From the NCBI GenBank assembly GCA_951406725.2, contig OX597823.1:21266001-21330000 (forward strand): DNA of 64,000 bases, read 5' to 3'. Made by a program: the position numbers and the translations under genes. The notes under the pieces were generated by a model that was given only the letters and a program-made list of their open reading frames with translations, ran no database searches and was not told where the DNA came from. Positions 54,909 through 64,000 of this stretch are shown here, piece by piece. The stretch's first letter is position 1. Each line of letters begins with the position of its first letter. Source of the stretch: Octopus vulgaris (Eukaryota).

Positions 54909-57235
54909 ATTTCTCTCCAGAATATACCACATGTTTGATCTGTTTCAAGCCCTTACTATTTAATCAAGCTACTTGACAGTTGCAGACACTTCATTATGGC
55001 GTATTTTATAATCTCTTTGTGCAAGAATTTTGCAGCTGCTAACAATACGGATCATTGTTTACACTCACCCCTTCTCACTATATAACCTACATTTTCCCGA
55101 TTGCGTTTACTTATATATATTCTTTTCTACTCTAGGCACAAACCCTGAAAATTTGGGGGAGGACGACAGTCGATTAGATCGATCCCAGTACGCAACTCGT
55201 ACGTAATTTATCGACCTCGAAAGGATGAAAGGTAAAGTCGACCTCGGCGGTACTTATATATATTCTCTGTCACTGAGTTATACCAAGACCTTGGTTTTGA
55301 CCGGCAAATATTAAACTTTCAGCTTAACACTTCAGGTACCTTTCTCAGTCGTTCGATTTTTCATATATCTTATCTTATCTTCTTCAAACTAACTGGATAG
55401 GATAATATTTTCATATTAAATTGGTTTATTCCTCACAATTATCTCCGTTTAACAGTTTATGTTCTCAACTTCAACCAAGTTGTTGTTTTCTCCAATATAT
55501 TCATTTAGAAAAGAACAATTCATTACTCATCTACACTCGGTAAAAAGACATTTTTTTTATTCTGATTAACCCACGGCCTCCAGTCTTTAAATGTACAAGT
55601 GACTACACTTACATTTGAATAAATTGCTTTGTACTCTGCCAATAACTTCCAGGTATGGATTACTAAAACAACAACCGTTATGAAGAAAGATATGAATTAA
55701 GTAACAATATTAGCGAATTATCGTCGATCAAAATATTTAAATTTGCTTCGGTCGCTTTTAACGAGAATATTAACTGAGCAAACATATCCTTCTGAATGCA
55801 CCCAAGTGAATGATTTGGAACGAAGAGGAAAGCGAAAAGAGCTATCGAATACAAAAGTTTACCTTGTAATTGATATGGTAACCTTGCGTAAGTTTGGGAA
55901 ATCTACTCATATTTTACACAAGCTAGTGCTTGTGGAAGAGATGGGTAGATTTTAATAATTTTGCAAGTTGTACCTCCTTCGTGACTATATCAATGTTAAG
56001 CATTGCTGAAAATGTTGTCAGTTACATGGCAATTACCATTCCACATTGGAAGGCAAAGCTATATACAAATAATAAAAACCTAGGTTCTATCCATATTAAG
56101 TGTACCGTTTTCCAGAGAGATTCCTTTTCTTTCTTTCTTTCTTTCTTCCTTTTCTTTTTTTTTTTGTGTCATCACTTATGTCATTATCAGTGACATTAAA
56201 TGGAATTGGGATTGTTACAAACGTGGTAAGAAGGCCTCGGAGGTTAACCACTTTCCATTTATAGGCGATTAAATGCTGTTTGCCAAATCAGAAAATCAAA
56301 TTGATATCCTTGTAAAGCCTACATTTGTTGACTCTATAATCGAATGGAAGTTGGTGTCTCAAATTATTTAGTTCAAAACCCACCGAGCCCATCTTTGTCT
56401 TTCTTGGGTCAGTAAAACTAGAATACCTGTCATGTAATTGCGTTGATTTAATTCACGAATTTTCCACCCACAAACTCCAGACCTTGTGTTTAAAAGAAAA
56501 GCATTAAGGAAGATGGTTTGGTAGAATCGATGTAACGTCGGATGAAAATGTTTTTAGTACTTGCTCCGAGTTTTTAACTTCTAAGTTCAATCCCATCCTT
56601 CGTCCTTTCGCCCCCGGGGGAAATGTAATTGACTGGAGACTGGGATTTATTAACGCTGTTCGCTTTGTTACGGAATTGATCCCGAGCACCGGGAGAGACT
56701 GAGTTCCGCTTTGTGGCTGTTGACTACTGTGCTTTGCGATAGTTTGCACCTAACCAGATATAGTTAGTCATTGAAAAGGGGGAGACGTACACGGGGAAAG
56801 ATGGCAAATAATCTGAGTCAATAAAAAGGCGAACATAAAAGAAACTCAATGACGGCTATAGATGATGGATCATATGAAATCTTTTAATGAAAGAGCAATA
56901 TGCTGCTTGAGAAGGAAACGGGATCAGATACTGTTTAACTCATAGATGACAAACTAATGGAAAAGAAAACTAACAACAAACCTGCCAATAACTACAGAGA
57001 ACTCATAAAGTGAGACGGCCTTTGAGCCTGGTTTCCTGTTTGGTGGTGAAATGATTAAATTCCTGAGATATTCATCCTTTCAAGTTCGGTAAATTATAGT
57101 ACCAGTTTTAATGTAATCGAGGAATCATCTCTCCTCAAAATTGCTTCCTTGCGTCTCGCGTTTTCCCCTGTTAGTTTCTTTGACAGAATTGCAGTCCTGG
57201 GTCAAGTAAAGACTAAAACAGAGCTGGAATGAATG

Positions 57236-57566
57236 AGTGTTGTGTGTGCTTGTGAGTATGTGTCCGTACGTATGTGTTGTGTGTGTTTTGTGTTTGTGAG
57301 TATGTGTGCATACGTGTGTGTGTGAGTATGTGTGCATACGTGTGTGTTGTGTGAGTATGTGTGCGTATGTGTGTGTTGTGCATGTGTGTGAGTATGTATG
57401 CATACGTGTGTGTTTTGTGTGCTTGTGAGTGTGTGTGCGTACGTGTGTGTTGTGTGTTTGTGAGTATGTGTGCGTACATGTGTATGTGTGTGTGTGTGTA
57501 TTTTGTGTGTTTGTGAGTATGTGTGCGTACGTGTGTGTGTGAGAGAATGTATGCGTATATGTGTGT
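57236..57566. repeat. Complex GT-rich minisatellite (gtgagtatgtgtgcgtacgtgtg units)
   Basis: Same unit vocabulary as 58822-59590. Confidence 0.85.
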
Positions 57567-58317
57567 AGAAATTTTGAGGAAAGGGGCTAGTCGATTAGAT
57601 CGACCCCAATACGCAACTGCTACTTAATTTATTGTCCCTGAAAGGATGAAAGGCAATGTCGACCTCGGCGGAATTTGAACTCAGAACGTAAAGATGGATA
57701 AAATGCTGCAAAATGTTTTTGTCCAACGCGCTCATGATGCTGCCAGTTCGCCACTCCAAGCTATGAAAATATTGATACAGTGAAAAATCATTGTTTCAGC
57801 TCAATTATTCGTAACAATATTGCTGAAATATCTGTATGTAAAATAATGAGAAGAAGCAAACGTCATTGACTGAGGAAATCAGTGATGCTGGTTTGGTTGG
57901 TGGGGGTGGGGGGGTAGGAGTAGGTTTGTGTTCGTGTTTAGGTTTGGGTTTAGGTTTGGGTATGGATGAGAGAAAGTGGTGGTGGTGGTGGTGAGGGAGA
58001 GAATGAAAAGAGAGAAAAGATCCATCATTATTCTCTTGTGTTTTAATTGATGTCAGAAGTACAATGTAGTATTTAGCTGTAACTAAACATCACTGTTGAT
58101 ATCGATAATCCACCGCATTTCGTGCAGTTTCCATCACCATACCACACCGCCGCCGTAGCATTACAATCACCATATCACCACCACCAACACCACTACCACC
58201 ACCACCACTACCACCACCACCACCGCAACAACCGCAAGTACTTCGCCAAAGTCACAACATCGCCTCAGCCCACACCATACACTCCGACAACATATAAACC
58301 ATCATAATCATCATCAT

Positions 58318-58357
<40 letters not shown>

Positions 58358-58821
58358 GCCACCATCACCTCACTCTCTCTCTCTCCAAACTAGCGTCCTT
58401 ATATGGAAATGATGACGACCACCATCACAACCACCACAACGATAACGATAACGATGACGATAATGACAATGAAGAGGAGGTGGAGGGGGACAATGACAAC
58501 AAGAGACTACGACGACGACGATGGCGATCACAACAATAACGGTGACGTAGATGACAATAAAGATGATGAAGTAGGGTGGGAGGACGAGGATGGCGACGGC
58601 GGCGGTGACGACCGCGGCGGCGGCGACGACGACGACGACGATATTGATGTAAGCTCTTTACTTTCTTTTCCAAGCTCACTTTGTTGCAATGTGTCAGGAA
58701 TTCTTGATGCTTTTTCTTTTGCCGTTTCTGACATCCACTTCTCTGACTCTTCGTTGTGTATGTGCCTGAGTGTGGGGAGTGAATGGGGTGGGAGTGGTGG
58801 TGAGTGGGTGGAGTGTGGGGG

Positions 58822-59590
58822 GAGTATGTGTGCGTACGTGTGTGTGTGTTGTGTGAGAATGTGTGCGTACGTGTGTGTGTGTGTATTTTGTGTGTTGTGT
58901 GAGAATGTGTGCGTGTTGTGCGTGTGTGTGAGTATGTGTGCGTACGCGTGTGTTGTGTGTGTATATTGTGTTTGTGAGTATGTGTGCATACGTGTGTGTG
59001 TGTTGTGTGAGAATGTGTGCGTATGTGTGTATGTGTGTGTTGTGCGTGTGTGTGAGTATGTGTGCGTACGTGTGTGTGTGTATTTTTTTGTGTTTGTGAG
59101 TATGTGTACGTACGTGTGTGTGAGAGAGAATGTGTGTGTGTTGTGTATGAGAGTATGTGTGCGTATGTGTGTGTTGTGTGAGTATGTGTGCGTATGTGTG
59201 TGTGTTGTGCGTGTGTGTGAGTATATGTGCATACGTGTGTGTGTTGTGTGAGTATGCGTGCGTATGTGTGCGTGTTGTGCGTGTGTGTGAGTATATGTGC
59301 ATACGTGTGTGTGTTGTGTGAGTATGCGTGCGTATGTGTGCGTGTTGTGCGTGTGTGCGTGTGTGTGAGTATGTGTGCGTACGTGTGTGTGTGTATTTTG
59401 TGTGTTTGTATGTGTACGTACGTGTGTGTGAGAGAGAATGTGTGCGTATGTGCGTGTGCTGTGTATGTGAATATGTGTGTGTGTTGTGCGTGTGTGTGAG
59501 TTTGTGTGCGTACGTTTGTGTGTGTTGTGAGTGTGTGTGAGTATGTGTGCGTACGTGTGTGTGCGTAGTGTGTGTGTGTGTGTGTGTGTG
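58822..59590. repeat. Complex GT-rich minisatellite, ~770 bp
   Basis: Repeated gtgagtatgtgtgcgtacgtgtgtgt / gtgagaatgtgtgc units; source of the long HT- and CV-rich ORFs. Confidence 0.9.
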
Positions 59591-60089
59591 GCTAAGTGTA
59601 TACATATCTGTTTGTATATCCAGAAGGATCTCACTGATACAATTTAGTAAACTTAATAATTTCAATTAACTGATATTATCCATGTAATGATTAGGCAAAA
59701 TTTCCCTCCAAGACAGAAAATGCCAATACTATTTACTATCTGAAATGTATTTCATAATACAAACGACATGGCTGGAAGAATATGCTGTTTTTAAAATTAA
59801 TTGGTAAAATTAACAGGACCTTTTCGGTGTCATTCGATGTCTTTAGCGAAGCCGGACATGTCCGATGACTGCAACTTTGCTCTTAGACCTTCTGGTATGT
59901 TCTTCAACATGAATCCATTCGGTAACGTGAAATGGCTGTTACGAGACTAAATTTATAATATTGTGTTATTGATGATGATGATGATGAGGAGGAGGAGGAG
60001 GACGATGACGATGATGATGCTGATTTTTATGATAATGGATAGAGAGGCAGACAGACAGAGAGACAGACAGACAGACAAACAGATAGATT

Positions 60090-60152
<63 letters not shown>

Positions 60153-60242
60153 TGATGCATACATACATACATACATACATACATACATACATACATACAT
60201 ACATACACGCATACATACATACATATATACGTGCATAAACAG

Positions 60243-60313
<71 letters not shown>

Positions 60314-60472
60314 TGCAGTCAGGCAGATAGATAGACAGACAGTCAGACAGGTGGATAGATACATACATACATACATACATACATACATACATACATACAT
60401 ACATACATACATACATACATGCATACATGCATACATAAATAGACAGATAGATAGAGAGACAGATAGACAGAC

Positions 60473-60546
<74 letters not shown>

Positions 60547-60547
<1 letters not shown>

Positions 60548-60923
60548 CGTTAGCACGCCGGGCGAAATACTCAGCGGTATTTCGTCTGCCGCTACGTTCT
60601 TAGTTCAAATAACTCGGTCCACTTTGCCTTTCATCTTTCTGAGGTCGATTAAATACGTACCAGTTACGCACTGGGATCGATATAATCGACTTAATCCGTT
60701 TGTCTGTACTTGTTTGTCCTCTCTGTGTTTAGCCCTTTATGGGTAGTAAAGAAATAGGTATTTCACCTGTCTTTACAATCTGAGTTCAAATTCCGCAGAG
60801 GTCGACTTTGCCTTTCATCCTTTCGAGGTCGATAAATTAAGTACCTGTTGCGTACTAGGGTCGATCTAATCGACTGACCCCCTCGCCAAATGTTTCGAGC
60901 ATTGTGCCTACAGTAGAAAAGAA
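60547..60923 (+). mobile_element. SINE family A dimer (tail 1 unit then tail 2 unit)
   Basis: Junction aaagaaata|ggtatttc at ~60756. Confidence 0.9.
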
Positions 60924-61116
60924 TTCATTCAGTAAAGCTTTACCTAGCGTCGAACAGTTATCGTCTGCTATTTCCAGCAAAAATTGGTACCATGTTGTGC
61001 CACTATTTCCTATTTATAATTCTACCTTTACGGTGCTTTATTTCACCTGAAAATAATTCTATTGTATTGAATACAATAATATTGTATTGTAACAAAATTC
61101 ATGATTTATATATATA

Positions 61117-61617
61117 CTAGCAGTATCGCCCGGCGTTGCTCGGGTTTGTAAGGGAAATTACTATATAAGCATTTTTAGTGAGTTATAGCAAAAAAATATA
61201 GCAAAAAATGCATTAAAAATGGAATAAAAAATTATGGTAATTTTTTTTTTAATCGTTGACTCATCGTAGTCATTTTTAGAGAGTTACTTCCCTTATATAA
61301 TAGCGAAAAATGCATTAAAATGGAATAAAAAATTATGGTAATTTTTCTTTTAATCGTTGACTCATCGTAGACATTTTTAGAGAGTTAATTCCCTTATATA
61401 ATAGCGAAAAATGCATTAAAATGGAATAAAAAATTATGGTAATTTTTTTTTTAAATCGTAGACTCATCGTAGACGCGCGCTAATACCCAGAAGGGTTTGA
61501 TATGAATCACGACTATAAGATACCCGGTTTTGGTTAAACTGCACTGCAAAATGTGGGAGTAGTTAGGAATCTAAATCGTAGGAGACAGACACACAACCTT
61601 ACTTTTATATATAAAGA
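61117..61617 (-). mobile_element. Non-autonomous Helitron, copy 1, with ~100-bp internal triplication
   Basis: Minus strand starts A|TCTTTATATATAAAAG and ends CCCGagcaacgcCGGG-cgatactg-CTAG|T: 5' TC, 3' hairpin plus CTAG, A|T target, no TSD. Confidence 0.9.
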
Positions 61618-61618
61618 T

Positions 61619-62130
61619 TTGTGCAACAACTAAATCATTCGGTTGAGCAAATTGTTTGCACAGGAAACCTGCCCTGTGTAGTGGTAATTGCCGTTTTTGT
61701 GGAGCTGTTTCAGCTTTTTTAGCGATTTCTGTTTTGGTGTCTTCAAGCCATGAAGTCGTTGTTCTAAAAGAACCCTGGTCTCCTTGACAACGCATTACGA
61801 CGTTGATTTCCTTACACTCCCTTCCCCACAGCTTCACGAGGGAGGGAAGAAGGGGGAGAAGCAACACAGGTGCAGGTGTGAGCGTGGACGCCAACTCCGC
61901 CGCCATCGACACATGAAAAAATATGCATTAAAATGGAATAAAAAATGATGTTAAATTATTTTTAAAATCGTAGACTCATCGTAGACGCGCGTTAATACCC
62001 AGACGAGCTCGATATGAATCACGACTATAAGATACCCGAATTTGGTTAAAGTGCACCGCAAAATGTGGGAGTAGTTAGGAATCTAAATCGAAGGGGACAG
62101 ACACTCACACAACTACAGTTTTATATATAT
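61619..62130 (-). mobile_element. Non-autonomous Helitron, copy 2, lacking its own 3' terminus
   Basis: Shares the 5' ~200 bp with copies 1 and 3 and the gccatgaagtcgttg...gacgccaactccgccgcc module with copy 3. No CTAG/hairpin before copy 1. Confidence 0.8.
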
Positions 62131-62131
62131 A

Positions 62132-62633
62132 CTAGCAGTATCGCCCGGCGTTGCTCGGGTTTGTAACGGAAATAACTATATAAGCATTTTTAGAGAGTTA
62201 CTTCCCTTATAAATTCGGGCTTTCTTAGCCATTTTTGTTTTGGTGTCTTCAAGCCATGAAGTCGTTGTTCTAAAAGAACGCTGGTTTCCTTCACAACGCA
62301 TTACGACGTTGATTTCTTTACACTCCCTTCCCCACAGCTTCACGAGGGAGGGAAGGGGGAGAAGCAAACAGGTGCAGCTGTGAGCGTGGACGCCAACTCC
62401 GCCGCCATCGACATATGATGCATTTTATGCATTAAAATGGAATAAAAAATGATGTTAAATTATTTTTAAAATCGTAGACTCGTCGTTGACGCGCGCTAAT
62501 AGTCAGACGGGCTCGATATGAATCACGACTATAAGATACCCGAATTTGGTTAAACTGCACCGCAAAATGTGGGAGGAGTTAGGAATCTAAATCGAAGGGG
62601 ACAGACACACAACTAGAGTTTTATATATATAGA
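62132..62633 (-). mobile_element. Non-autonomous Helitron, copy 3
   Basis: 5' TCTATATATATAAAAC; 3' hairpin and CTAG terminus identical to copy 1. Confidence 0.9.
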
Positions 62634-62663
62634 TATATATAGATATATATATATATGTGTGTG

Positions 62664-62756
<93 letters not shown>

Positions 62757-63714
62757 GTATATATATATATATGTATATATATATATACACATATTCATAT
62801 ATATATATATATACACATACACATACAGCAGACAGATACAGACACACATATACACATGTACATATGTATATCACATTACCTATATATATATACATACATG
62901 TATGCGTATAAATGTGAGGGTGCATGTGTCTATATAATACTACAGATTTTGATACCTTAGCGTGTTAGCGTGTATGCGAGACTGTGTATGTGTGTGAGAG
63001 AGACGTATGAAAGTATGCTGGCATATATGCGTGTAAATGTGTGTATGAATGTGCGCCCGTTTCTGTCTGTGTACGTGTATGTGTTTTTTATTACTCTTGA
63101 TCCCCCAGCACCACCCCCGCATTATTCTCATTTTGTGTTCATTTAGGATTCGTTTTGCTTTCTATTAGCTAAATATATACATCTCTTGTCTTCTTCACCT
63201 TTCTCTCCTTCTCTCCTCCTCACATCATCCTCAACCACCACCACCACCAACCACCACCGCCACCACCACCGGTTCATTTCCCTTGTCATCGTCCTCCACA
63301 CCCCTCCCCCATCCCTCCTCCTCCATCTCCTTTCTCCTGTGTAATGAGCTGTCACCGTTATACAGAGAGAGCGCAATTATCAGAGGAGAAGCATGGTTTT
63401 GAAACTAGATTTAGCCAGCTTTACTTGCTATTGATTCGCAAAGCCGAGACAATGGAACGCCGATCTAAATTATATTATACTATAACAGTAACTATTCTTC
63501 AATTGTTTCATTTCTAAGATTGAAAACCCCCCACCGCCGCCATCGCCGCCCTAGGGTCTTCTAATTTGTGAGTTCATCCATCAGTAAGTCGATAAAATAC
63601 GTACTGGAAAGATCTATCTGCGACGCAGTCAATTCTGCTCTTCTCTCTTTGACTTTATCTTTCTAACACAGAACTGTAAGCTGGTTCCATTGCCACTTCA
63701 AGTCTGTGGCCTGA

Positions 63715-63715
<1 letters not shown>

Positions 63716-63749
<34 letters not shown>

Positions 63750-63750
63750 A

Positions 63751-63783
<33 letters not shown>

Positions 63784-63835
63784 CAGTAGTAGTAGTAGTA
63801 GCAGCAGCAGTAGTAGTAGTAGTAGTAGTAGTAGC

Positions 63836-63885
<50 letters not shown>

Positions 63886-63892
63886 CAGCAGC

Positions 63893-63972
<80 letters not shown>
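63716..63972. repeat. (TAG)n with (CAG)n interruptions
   Basis: Direct reading. Confidence 0.97.
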
Positions 63973-63982
<10 letters not shown>

Positions 63983-64000
63983 GGTAGTGGTGGTGGTGAT

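Noticed and set aside
55862-56006. Minus-strand segment bounded by ttttcag and gtaaac splice-like signals
   Set aside because: Stops in all three frames, and such signals are common by chance in AT-rich DNA.

Overview
Repeat-dominated, AT-rich animal DNA, most likely from an octopus or other coleoid cephalopod. This is inferred from the tRNA-derived SINE families and extreme microsatellite load, not from a database search. No host protein-coding gene can be identified with confidence, and nearly all ORFs in the supplied track are translations of (TA)n, (CA)n, (GATA)n, (TAA)n and similar tracts. The recognisable coding remnants are all transposon-derived: a Penelope-like (PLE) reverse transcriptase, three R4/Dong-type restriction-like endonuclease 3' ends, CR1/L2-type LINE 3' ends, and mariner relics. 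The window also holds mariner and Merlin-like MITEs, a tandem cluster of non-autonomous Helitrons, at least three SINE families, and a ~550-bp element found only in (ATT)n tracts. The most notable hidden signal is a set of six type-I hammerhead ribozyme motifs (13961, 15729, 30383, 38110, 39990, 40350). Their flanks are unrelated, most have palindromic stem III sequences, and all have non-canonical stem II junctions. Two lie in inverted/tandem pseudo-LTR arrangements typical of PLEs. A second notable signal is a SINE family forming multimers with two recurrent, precise junctions and an ordered tail switch. Weak exon-like islands lie on the minus strand at 56.6-60 kb.
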